The notes under the pieces were generated by a model that saw nothing but the letters and a program-made list of their open reading frames with translations, did not search any database and was not told the DNA's origin. The translations under genes were made by a program, and so were the position numbers. This document shows positions 47,422 to 56,146 of a stretch of 64,000 nucleotides of DNA, piece by piece (the first letter of the stretch is position 1; each line of letters opens with the position of its first letter). Source of the DNA: a virus. The stretch lies in IMG/VR virus record IMGVR_UViG_3300028416_000485. One strand, given 5' to 3'.

Positions 47422-48497
47422 TTAAACTGCTCTGCAAATGGGTCAAACTCTTTGCCACATTTCATGCTGCATACTTTTAGTTTTCCATCAGCTATACTTT
47501 TCTTATCCCAACTATTTTGTATATTATCAAAAATGCCTGTTTCAAATACTGCACGTAATCCATGTTTTTTAGCACTAATAGCATCTTTGCCTCCAGCTGC
47601 ATCAACAAAATCCCATACTTGTTCTTGCTTAGGATCTTTGTGCCACCATTTGTACATACGTCCAGCAGTCCAACAACACGGCATAGCAAGTCCTTCTGCT
47701 GTAATAAACAAGTTGCCTTCGTCTTTTACTTTACAATGTATAGCAGCACGATCATAATAAGTATCCATACTTCCGTGTTTTTCTTTTACTTTGTCGTATG
47801 TTTCGAGTGCCTTGTTTAAATACTTGGCATCAGGTTTTTTAAGTTTGGCAGTTTGTTCACCTTTGCGATTTACTGCTTGATGTGATTCTTTCTTTTCACT
47901 TTGTGCTGTTACAAATCTGCCAGTTTTCTTCTTAACAAATCTTTCGCATCCCCATGTATTTGCAAGTGCTTCAGCTTCTTCAACTTGGTGTTGATTGTGT
48001 TCAAAAATTAAAAAGTCCCAACGTGCTCTGCCACCTGCTGCAATAAACGCTCGCATGTTGCGTTCTACATTATCCCATACAACGCCTTGACGATACAGGT
48101 GATTAGTATCCCTTAAACCATCAACACTAAAAATAACAGCACCCATCCGGCCAATAACATTAGCCAACTCACTCCACCATTCAACACTTTTTGCTCCTGC
48201 ATTTGTATTCATACTGAGCCACATTTTATCATTGTGTTCACGGAAGTACTTGAATATTTCTAGTGTATCTCGTGCTACAATAGGATCGCCCAAGTTACCG
48301 CACATATACATAGTGTTCAGTTGTGCAATAAACTCTGGTTCAAAGATGCGTTTACAATCATCTAGTGTAAGTTCGCTCAAATCAATATGCGGATTTAATG
48401 CTCCGCCGTTTTGATTTCTATCACACATAGGGCAACTGGCTTGACAGTTTTGTGTGTTTTCTAAATGTATTGTTTTTATATTTTCGTACTTATACAT
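47418..48497 (-). CDS. Radical SAM enzyme with C-terminal SPASM/twitch domain
   Basis: CQASCPMC, CGNLGDP, FSVDGLRDTNHLYR, AMPCC...CSMKC. Confidence 0.9.
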   Translation of the reverse strand: MYKYENIKTIHLENTQNCQASCPMCDRNQNGGALNPHIDLSELTLDDCKRIFEPEFIAQLNTMYMCGNLGDPIVARDTLEIFKYFREHNDKMWLSMNTNAGAKSVEWWSELANVIGRMGAVIFSVDGLRDTNHLYRQGVVWDNVERNMRAFIAAGGRARWDFLIFEHNQHQVEEAEALANTWGCERFVKKKTGRFVTAQSEKKESHQAVNRKGEQTAKLKKPDAKYLNKALETYDKVKEKHGSMDTYYDRAAIHCKVKDEGNLFITAEGLAMPCCWTAGRMYKWWHKDPKQEQVWDFVDAAGGKDAISAKKHGLRAVFETGIFDNIQNSWDKKSIADGKLKVCSMKCGKEFDPFAEQFK

Positions 48498-48714
48498 CCA
48501 TTATCAACTTTACATCTTTACCAGGACCAACCTTACTGGGTAGGTCGCCATACTGTTCAACATACCATTCAATAACAGCCTTGTACCAGTTTTGACTGTT
48601 GTGATGTGCTTTCTTATTAAACTGCCAAATATTATTGTTAGTTGCTTGTATTGTACTTAGAGCTCTTGCACTTTCTTTTTGTAGCTCACGTACACTTAAA
48701 TCACTTATATCCAA
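48490..48714 (-). CDS. Small hypothetical protein
   Basis: 74-aa ORF overlapping both neighbours in the operon. Confidence 0.65.
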   Translation of the reverse strand: MDISDLSVRELQKESARALSTIQATNNNIWQFNKKAHHNSQNWYKAVIEWYVEQYGDLPSKVGPGKDVKLIMDV

Positions 48715-49744
48715 TTCGCATAAACCTTTTGTATTTTTCTAGTTCTAGTTCGCCACTGTACAGCTCTTCGCCGAGATATACTTGTTTTGTAAAACTTTCA
48801 AGTGTTTCATGACAGTTAACATGTTCGTTGATTTCAAAATAGTTATTACTTTGCATTATTACTAAACTTCCGTATGTTATGCTGTCATACCAACTATCAA
48901 AGTTATTTATATGTTCGCAACTTGTGTTAATAACAGTATCTGGTACTGTCCACAATCTCTGAGTTGTACCGTCTGTTTTGTTTACATCGTATATATGTTC
49001 GTCAAATCTTATTTCGTGTATGTCTTCAGTGCTGGCTTTAAATTTCCAGTTATCAGTAACCCAAGGTTTGTTAAATATTTCGGCTATTTTCCAAACATCT
49101 GGATCTACATCAAAACTCCGAATAAAATCTATTTTTATATCACTTTCAAATAACATAGTAGCAAGAGTAGCATACCACCCTGCACATAAAAATACTTTAC
49201 CTAGTTCAACATTACATTTTTTAAGCTCATCTACTAGCCAAAGTTTACTTTGTAGCTGTCCTCTACTAAAACAATCTTCGTCTATTTGAACATTATTAGT
49301 CTCAAAGTTTTTAAATGCATCAACAAAATGTGTACTATCTCTATCTTTTAAGAGTCTAAGTATACTCCATATATTGTCATCCATCGTAGCTTTTCTTAAA
49401 TCTTCGTTGCCTACTAATCTAAAAATACTATGCATGTTGTCGTCGACGACTGCTTTTCTTAAATCATCGTTTCCTGGCAGTAATCTAAATAAACTATGTA
49501 AGTTTTTTTCTAAGACTGCCTTGCGTAAGTCTTCAGCTTCACCAATTATACGTTTGTTATCTATACAACGAAAAATACTATGAATGTTTTTCGTTAAAAT
49601 AGCACTACGCAAATCTTCATCTGATGTAAACTCTAATATAGCACTTATATCATTATCAATGTATACACGGCGTAAGTTTTCAAAATATTCATCTTGCGGA
49701 TTTAGTATTTCAAATCTGTCTAAAAGTTTATATATTTCCATCAA
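48701..49744 (-). CDS. Class I SAM-dependent methyltransferase-like protein with N-terminal helical repeats
   Basis: FSRGQLQSKLWL, FLCAGWY, RSFDVD, VINTSCEH; four DLRxA...N.HS.FRL repeats. Confidence 0.6.
   Translation of the reverse strand: MMEIYKLLDRFEILNPQDEYFENLRRVYIDNDISAILEFTSDEDLRSAILTKNIHSIFRCIDNKRIIGEAEDLRKAVLEKNLHSLFRLLPGNDDLRKAVVDDNMHSIFRLVGNEDLRKATMDDNIWSILRLLKDRDSTHFVDAFKNFETNNVQIDEDCFSRGQLQSKLWLVDELKKCNVELGKVFLCAGWYATLATMLFESDIKIDFIRSFDVDPDVWKIAEIFNKPWVTDNWKFKASTEDIHEIRFDEHIYDVNKTDGTTQRLWTVPDTVINTSCEHINNFDSWYDSITYGSLVIMQSNNYFEINEHVNCHETLESFTKQVYLGEELYSGELELEKYKRFMRIGYK
49350..49682 (-). repeat. Intragenic ~21-28-aa tandem repeats (4 clear, 1 degenerate); approximate limits
   Basis: EDLRSAILTKNIHSIFRCI / EDLRKAVLEKNLHSLFRLL / DDLRKAVVDDNMHSIFRLV / EDLRKATMDDNIWSILRLL. 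Confidence 0.8.
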
Positions 49745-51374
49745 ACTTTTCCTTTAACCAATCAAAATCATTGATAGCTTTTAATGCTTGGCTATCACCT
49801 TTGTTGCGAGTGCCGTAAGCTGTGCCTGCTTTGGCTCCTTGCAGTGCATCCTTTCCAAACGGAGTATCGGGTATCATATGCATACACCAAGTCCTCAAAC
49901 GTTCATTAGTTTCTTGACTTTTTTGTCTATCAATAATCTTACTCGATAGTTTTGCACATTCTCTAAATGCACTTTTCCACGCATTAAACGCATCAGTGTT
50001 AAATGCTGTAATATTTGAAACACTTGGCATAGCTACAAACTTATCACTAATACTTGTGGTCATATCAGGCTTACTAATATCCATGTTAAGTGTTTCGTGT
50101 CTTGGAAATAACTTAATACCGCCATACCCATAAACTAATCCGTTTACTGGATTTTTACTACGCCATACATGCACATGATTATATTGCCAAGCTGGAACTT
50201 GCCAATCAAAGTTAAAATCGTCAACAACTACAGCATCGCCATCAACTATATAAAGCATAGGTGTATTGCATACCTTTGCTGCTTCGATATGTGCCTGATG
50301 TATTCCTTTGACACCATGTACTCTATGTATTACTCTATCTGGAAATCTAGTTTTTAGATTTTCAAAGTTTTCATCTGCATTTGGTTCTTGATAACTAATA
50401 AAAACAATATCGTAAGGGTTAGGTGTACTTGCTTGTATATCTACTTCTTTTTTGTTAGCAATAAATTTAAAGTGCCATTCACGTTTACTGATTTTAGCAT
50501 ATTTACTGCAAAGTATAATACCATCATGAAACTTGCCATTTAGAAATACATGATTAATACGTCTATCAAAACTATTAGAATGTTCAAAATAATCATCAAA
50601 CATAAAATCTTTACAAACTGTTACCGTTGGGGGAATAATATAAAACATTTCAGTTGTACTAGTTTCTAATGCGTTTATATATTCTTCATATGTATCAACA
50701 ACATTAAATATATTGTACTTACCAGCAACACTTGTAACTATATCGTGTTCTTTTCGATTTACAGGAAATCTATATTCTACTTCTCGTTTACTTAACGGAA
50801 CGTGTTTGCTGCATAAAAATAAACCATTGTACAAATCTTCGCCGTCTACTTGATGTATAAATGCATGGTTTTGTTTTCTATCAATCTGTTCGTGATGTGA
50901 TATGTAGAACGTGTCAACAAACTCTGTATCAATACTAATATTAGCAGTACTCATCCAAAACATATCAGTTGTGCTAGTTTCTAATGCGTTTAAGTATTCT
51001 TTATATGTATCAATGTTGAATATATCATACGGAGCAGGCACACTTGCTTGTATATCTACTTCTTTTTTGTTAACAAAAAATCTATGCTGCAACTCTCTGT
51101 CTGATATTGTTGCATTTTTAGGTATTAGCGAAACACCATCATAAAACTCATTATTTTTAAATACATGAACATAATCAGTGCTCCATGCATCTGGTTCGTA
51201 ATCAAAGTTAAAATCATTGTTTATTACAATGTCAGGCCACACTACCCAGAACATTTTTGTAATACAAATACGCTTTGCATCTTCAAGAGTATCTGCATTT
51301 TTTAAAAGAGGAAATCTTTGTTTTACAGAGTTCCACTGTTTGTTTTTTTCGCCAATAAAGATTATATCATACAT
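49728..51374 (-). CDS. GT-A glycosyltransferase with three extra N-terminal partial GT-A modules
   Basis: C-terminal YDIVFISYQEPNA...HGVKGIHQAH...IVDGD...YGYGGIK...AWKSAFREC; upstream modules repeat YDI..., T.MFW, H.F.N, KKEVDIQAS. Confidence 0.75.
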   Translation of the reverse strand: MYDIIFIGEKNKQWNSVKQRFPLLKNADTLEDAKRICITKMFWVVWPDIVINNDFNFDYEPDAWSTDYVHVFKNNEFYDGVSLIPKNATISDRELQHRFFVNKKEVDIQASVPAPYDIFNIDTYKEYLNALETSTTDMFWMSTANISIDTEFVDTFYISHHEQIDRKQNHAFIHQVDGEDLYNGLFLCSKHVPLSKREVEYRFPVNRKEHDIVTSVAGKYNIFNVVDTYEEYINALETSTTEMFYIIPPTVTVCKDFMFDDYFEHSNSFDRRINHVFLNGKFHDGIILCSKYAKISKREWHFKFIANKKEVDIQASTPNPYDIVFISYQEPNADENFENLKTRFPDRVIHRVHGVKGIHQAHIEAAKVCNTPMLYIVDGDAVVVDDFNFDWQVPAWQYNHVHVWRSKNPVNGLVYGYGGIKLFPRHETLNMDISKPDMTTSISDKFVAMPSVSNITAFNTDAFNAWKSAFRECAKLSSKIIDRQKSQETNERLRTWCMHMIPDTPFGKDALQGAKAGTAYGTRNKGDSQALKAINDFDWLKEKFDGNI

Positions 51375-51381
51375 ATAACTA

Positions 51382-51410
51382 GTTATAACATATTTTAATC
51401 AACAAGTCAA
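51382..51410 (-). promoter_or_regulatory. Sigma70-type promoter heading the large minus-strand operon, probably leaderless
   Basis: TTGACT(51410-51405)-17 bp-TATAAC with TGn, 7 nt to ATG, no SD. Confidence 0.6.
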
Positions 51411-51421
51411 GAACAGAATGT

Positions 51422-51429
51422 GATAAATA
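51422..51429 (+). promoter_or_regulatory. T4-like late promoter
   Basis: GATAAATA upstream of a GAGGA SD and ATG 51453. Confidence 0.6.
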
Positions 51430-51452
51430 CTAGAGAAGAGGAACCAACAAAA

Positions 51453-52868
51453 ATGACCGATTTTATACCAGGTGAAGCATACCGACTAGATATTATTACA
51501 GCAGACGAAACAGTTATTGTTGATAGCTGGCAGGGACAGATTAAAGCCAGTGTTGTTGATGTTGACGGTATTATATTAGTTGATGTTGAAACTGGAAACT
51601 TGTATGGTTCTTTGATTGGAACCATTGAAGATACAGAAGGTAATACTATTTTATCTTCCACAGGCAATCTAACTGGTAGTGTTACTGGTAGTGTATACGA
51701 CGACAACGAGGGGTTAGCATTTGATGGTGATACTGGATTGGTTATTGCTGATGTTGTCGGAAACATTGTAGATAGCAATGGCGAAGCTATTGTTAATACT
51801 GGAGCAAGATCTATTAATGCCGACAGTATTACTGGATCGTTTTACGGTGAGCTTACAGGAAGTATAACTGCTGATAGTGTAATATACGGTACATTTAACG
51901 GTGACTTTAATGGTACTAGCTACGGAGATTTTTTCGGTGATACTACAGGTACACATACTGGTGAAGTAATAGGCGGAGTAACTGGAGACGTAACAGGCAA
52001 TGTTACAGGAAATCTTACTGGAGAGTTACTTGCTATACAGCCAGGCGATGATATTGCTACACGACTAACTGGACACAACAATACTGGTGGATACGATCAA
52101 TGGGAGTTTTACGGTGGACTTGCTCATCCTGTTTATCCTGAAGATGATGCAGTTGCAAGAGGTCCTATAGTTAATATTGGAGCAACTAGAGCTGACACAG
52201 AAGTAAGAGCCAACTTAAATCATTACGATGGCACACCGGTAATGAGATTGTCCCTGGAAAGCTCGCCAACTTACAAAGCTGATTTTATGGGAAGACTTGT
52301 TGGAGCAGTTGCATATGACACACAAGGCGAAGATGGATTTATTAATATTGTATCAGGTTCAAGCAATGGAACACTTATTAGTGGTGTAAATGATAAGGTA
52401 AACATTGGTAATGAAAATGACGAAGTAAATATTATTGCTGATAGTTTAAGTATACAAACTGACTCGATTGACTCTCTTGCACACAGAGGCGAAGGCAATT
52501 CTAAAACATCATTATTAAACAATGACGAACTATTAAGTATCGAAAGCTGGGGATACAACGGTACTGAATACAAACGTGGTGGGCTTTTTGGATTTAAAGT
52601 TGACGGGACACCGGCTGCAACTGGAAATACTATGCCGTCAAGTTTTGGTATACAACTAAGTTCAGCGTCTAATACACATGTTACAAATACAGAAAATAGA
52701 CTAGAGTTCAACAACAAGGGCGTATTAGAAGTTCCAGTATTTAAAGCTAGAGGTACTACATTTGCTGACAGAGATAGTATGACAGCAGAAGCAGGTATGA
52801 TATTGTTTAACACTAGTAATAACAAGTTCCAAGGATATACCGGAACAACATGGGTTGACTTACACTAA
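51453..52868 (+). CDS. Tail fibre / virion structural protein, related to 11368-13017
   Basis: GxxxG repeats (GDVTGNVTGNLTG); C-terminal DRDSMTAEAGMILFNTSNNKFQGY...W module. Confidence 0.72.
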   Translation: MTDFIPGEAYRLDIITADETVIVDSWQGQIKASVVDVDGIILVDVETGNLYGSLIGTIEDTEGNTILSSTGNLTGSVTGSVYDDNEGLAFDGDTGLVIADVVGNIVDSNGEAIVNTGARSINADSITGSFYGELTGSITADSVIYGTFNGDFNGTSYGDFFGDTTGTHTGEVIGGVTGDVTGNVTGNLTGELLAIQPGDDIATRLTGHNNTGGYDQWEFYGGLAHPVYPEDDAVARGPIVNIGATRADTEVRANLNHYDGTPVMRLSLESSPTYKADFMGRLVGAVAYDTQGEDGFINIVSGSSNGTLISGVNDKVNIGNENDEVNIIADSLSIQTDSIDSLAHRGEGNSKTSLLNNDELLSIESWGYNGTEYKRGGLFGFKVDGTPAATGNTMPSSFGIQLSSASNTHVTNTENRLEFNNKGVLEVPVFKARGTTFADRDSMTAEAGMILFNTSNNKFQGYTGTTWVDLH

Positions 52869-52883
52869 AAAATATGCTATAAT
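52855..52883 (+). promoter_or_regulatory. Sigma70-type promoter
   Basis: TTGACT-17 bp-TATAAT with TGn. Confidence 0.75.
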
Positions 52884-52920
52884 GATAACATATTAAAAAG
52901 TCTTCAAAGGAGAGTAAAGT

Positions 52921-53139
52921 ATGTTATTTGATTGGAAACATTTAAAAAAAGCAAATACTAACTATTTTACACATTGTTTTATAGCAATATGTTATAGTTT
53001 TTTGGGACTTGGTATTTTTATAATGGGCATATTACACGCATTTTTTCCTTTTATGTTTGGATTTACACCTTACAAGATTGCTAAAAAAATCACCGACGGT
53101 ACTGAAAAAAACTTTCCTGCTTGTATCAACGAGAAATAA
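52921..53139 (+). CDS. Small membrane protein (DUF6356-like)
   Basis: HL....NYFTH...hydrophobic helix...LHAFFPFMF; AAGGAG SD. Confidence 0.6.
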   Translation: MLFDWKHLKKANTNYFTHCFIAICYSFLGLGIFIMGILHAFFPFMFGFTPYKIAKKITDGTEKNFPACINEK

Positions 53140-54201
53140 ATGAAAATTTTTATAGACGGTGAACAAATATCCGAACAATGGATAAGCGATTACACACTAA
53201 GTAATCCTGTGAATTGTTACAGTAACAACCCAGACTGGGAACAGAACGTTCTTAAACTATTACACAACTGGTATTGGCAAAATGGATATAGCTATGGCTA
53301 TAGAGGTGATCAGTTTCTTAATCTAAGTACTAGCGGTACAACTGGATTTCCGCAGGACATTGGACATACCAAAGAAACCATAGAACAAGTTGTAGATGCA
53401 AATATTAAAACACTAGGGTTAGATAAAAATAGTAAAATACTCAGTTACTATTCTCCTCGCGGTATTGCGTTTAGTGTGCTAAGTGTATACCTTGCATTAA
53501 AACTAGATTGCGAACTATACATCGAAACATTCAAAGGCATTGACTATGTAAATCGTGTACACGAAATACGTCCGACACATACATTATTATTACCCAATGT
53601 TTGGAAAGTATTACACAAACACGATAGATGGAAGACACTAGATTATAGTAGTTTAGAAACTGTTATTACAGGAAGTGATTTTACACCAACAGGTATGCTG
53701 GACGAGCTACGTGAGCATAATCCAGGAAAAGTATACAATGTATACGGTAGTACTGAAGTACCTCCTATGGTGTTGTACAGCGAAGAAGAAAATACATATA
53801 CTATAGATAGTATTACTCCGGGTGCAGAAGTTGATATTGTAAACGGGCAGATTGCTTGCAAATGGAGTAGTCAATCTAACATATGGATTAGTGGTGACTG
53901 TGTTAACGGTGACAGAAATAGATTTACAATTAACGGACGCAAACACAATATGTTTAAACAAAATACTATCAGAGTATACCCTGAACAAATAGAAAAAGCG
54001 GCCGTTGCAGCTGGTGCAGAACTTGCATTATGCCAACAAATTAAAAATCAGTGTATATTATATTATACAGGCAATATAAAAGATATGGCAAATTTTGTAG
54101 AACAACATCGATATATTCCAAGATTTAGACTTCGGGCAGTAGATAAAATAGAAGTAGATAATAATCTAAAAAAGATTATAAGGACGCAAACATTTGTATA
54201 A
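53140..54201 (+). CDS. Minimal adenylate-forming (AMP-binding, acyl-CoA ligase-like) enzyme
   Basis: A3 STSGTTGFP, A5 YGSTE, A7 SGD, A8 GRKHNMFK...VYPEQIE, A10-like LKKIIR. Confidence 0.8.
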   Translation: MKIFIDGEQISEQWISDYTLSNPVNCYSNNPDWEQNVLKLLHNWYWQNGYSYGYRGDQFLNLSTSGTTGFPQDIGHTKETIEQVVDANIKTLGLDKNSKILSYYSPRGIAFSVLSVYLALKLDCELYIETFKGIDYVNRVHEIRPTHTLLLPNVWKVLHKHDRWKTLDYSSLETVITGSDFTPTGMLDELREHNPGKVYNVYGSTEVPPMVLYSEEENTYTIDSITPGAEVDIVNGQIACKWSSQSNIWISGDCVNGDRNRFTINGRKHNMFKQNTIRVYPEQIEKAAVAAGAELALCQQIKNQCILYYTGNIKDMANFVEQHRYIPRFRLRAVDKIEVDNNLKKIIRTQTFV

Positions 54202-54808
54202 ACTAGAAATGTATAATGGTACACAAGATCTAACAGATTTTTATAAAGGTGCTGCTGCTAAAGGGTTTTATAACAATCATAATAAAACTGTGTTAATAGA
54301 TTATATTAACAAACACGAAAATGCAAACTTATTTTTATTATACTATGGAGATAATATTGTAGGCACTAGTGTGAGCCATAGTTTGCAACAGTTAGGCATA
54401 CTAGGAAAAAATGCACATAGAATAAGTGCTAGAACATGTGTATTAAATGATATAGTTGACGGGGAACGTGCCCATGCTGTACACAACTATCGACACTCTC
54501 CTATGAATCATTGGACTAGTCAAATGCTTACGCCTGTGTGTATGCACTATGTTGGATTAGAAAATCCTCAATATATTAGTACAAATACATTAGAAACTGG
54601 AAGTCAAAGTAAAGTACATCGCATATGGTCAAAGATTATGCACAACCAAGGATATTTAAAAGATCCTATAGAGTTAGAGTACAAAGGAACATTTCAAACA
54701 TTTTGGAAAGTTGACGTTGATTTTTATATGAAAAAACTAGAAGAAAATATGTGGCCTGAAACTAAACAAGCACTAGACGTATTTCTTACAAAGTTCAAAA
54801 AAGTCTGA
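54194..54808 (+). CDS. Hypothetical protein, possibly GNAT fold
   Basis: LFLLYYGDNIVGTSVSH...HRISARTCV beta pattern; coupled to the ligase gene. Confidence 0.45.
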   Translation: MYKLEMYNGTQDLTDFYKGAAAKGFYNNHNKTVLIDYINKHENANLFLLYYGDNIVGTSVSHSLQQLGILGKNAHRISARTCVLNDIVDGERAHAVHNYRHSPMNHWTSQMLTPVCMHYVGLENPQYISTNTLETGSQSKVHRIWSKIMHNQGYLKDPIELEYKGTFQTFWKVDVDFYMKKLEENMWPETKQALDVFLTKFKKV

Positions 54809-56146
54809 CATCTCTGGAAACACTTGTTCGTGATCAACATTACGTCTACGCCCTTGTTCTTCAAAGAAGTTGTGGAAGTCTCTACGTCCTTGAATAACTT
54901 TATCTAGTGGATATTCTGTAGATTCCATGTAATCAACTACACGACGAAACTTTTCATACTCGATAGTGCTAAATGCATCCTTGCGATTATCATCTGTGTT
55001 CTCTTTGATAAACTGCAAATGGTCGTGCATATAACTCATGTAGTTTTTAGGCAGGATATTGATATCATACTGTAGAGGTTCTTTGAGATGCGGAGTATCA
55101 AACCCTAGTCGTTGCCATCTGTGCGTTTCTACATCATTGTATTTTTTACGCCATTCAAGAATCTTTTCAAGCAATGTGCGGAATGTAGTGACACTGAAAA
55201 TATTAAATGTAATCATAATAACCATTGGTGCTTCACAGTTGCGCATAAAGTAATCTAAGTTGCGTTCAAACACTTCAATGTCTAACCCATCACGAATATA
55301 CTCTGCACGTTTGCCCCAAGTGTCAATACTTGTAAACATTTTAAAACGTCTAATCTTGTTGTTTGTCAACAAGTCATTCACACGGTTTGTAAACTTTTCC
55401 AACTGCTTTGGCTTGCCACCTAAGTTGCTGTTGCAGTTTAGTTCTAACTCTGGTTTAGGATCTGCATCCAGCATATCAAACAACTTGTATGTGCTTTGTT
55501 GTATTGTAGGCTCACCGCCTGTAATACGCAAAATATGCAAGTCCTTACTAAGCTCTGGCCACCATTTCCAAAATGCATCTAAATACGGATTGCTTTGTTC
55601 TTCAAATATTTCAAACCAGTCAATATCGCATCTGTGATTCTTTACGTTTGTATAAGGACCGTGTTGCTTGATCTCTTGATGATATCTACTGCTGGCTTTT
55701 GGATGACAATATCCACAACGGAAGTTGCACTCATTACCAAACGAAACTTCCAAGTATTCTGGATTAACATCAAACTCAGCACCGCCTTCTTTGACAGCTT
55801 TCAAGCGTTCTTTGAAAAAGATAGTTTGATTGCGTTGTTTTCTATCACTAACATAGTCTTTGCCCATTGCTTCAATCTTCCAGCAATAGTTGCATCCACT
55901 AGGTTGTTCACCTTTCATCATAGCAGCACGTTCTGCTTTCTTTTGTGCTGTATTGTGTATAGCACTAGGATTCTCTAATAGCGGTGCTGCGTCAATCTTG
56001 TGAGGAGCAGGATGATAACAACTATGTGTTTCACCTGTCTGAAAATAGATGTTTGCATGATACCACTTGGCAAAGCAAAACGTAGGAGATATTTCCTGCG
56101 TAATCTTATCGATACGCTTGATTTCTTCGCTTTCGCTGCGTTCCAT
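54773..56146 (-). CDS. N-terminal twitch-domain radical SAM enzyme
   Basis: FCFAKW...HSCYHP...CNYC; CNFRCGYC; ITGGEP; SIDT; YIRDG. Confidence 0.9.
   Translation of the reverse strand: MERSESEEIKRIDKITQEISPTFCFAKWYHANIYFQTGETHSCYHPAPHKIDAAPLLENPSAIHNTAQKKAERAAMMKGEQPSGCNYCWKIEAMGKDYVSDRKQRNQTIFFKERLKAVKEGGAEFDVNPEYLEVSFGNECNFRCGYCHPKASSRYHQEIKQHGPYTNVKNHRCDIDWFEIFEEQSNPYLDAFWKWWPELSKDLHILRITGGEPTIQQSTYKLFDMLDADPKPELELNCNSNLGGKPKQLEKFTNRVNDLLTNNKIRRFKMFTSIDTWGKRAEYIRDGLDIEVFERNLDYFMRNCEAPMVIMITFNIFSVTTFRTLLEKILEWRKKYNDVETHRWQRLGFDTPHLKEPLQYDINILPKNYMSYMHDHLQFIKENTDDNRKDAFSTIEYEKFRRVVDYMESTEYPLDKVIQGRRDFHNFFEEQGRRRNVDHEQVFPEMSDFFELCKKYV

Noticed and set aside
27787-48497. Naming island radical SAMs moaA, pqqE, nirJ or anSME
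   Set aside because: No moaC, pqq, nir or sulfatase partners are present and the domain orders differ; such labels would be over-annotation.
27787-56146. Reading the SPASM/twitch enzymes as a RiPP (ranthipeptide or sactipeptide) cluster
   Set aside because: No precursor-like peptide, RRE domain or exporter was recognised and intergenic space is nearly nil. It is not fully excluded, since substrates could be encoded elsewhere.
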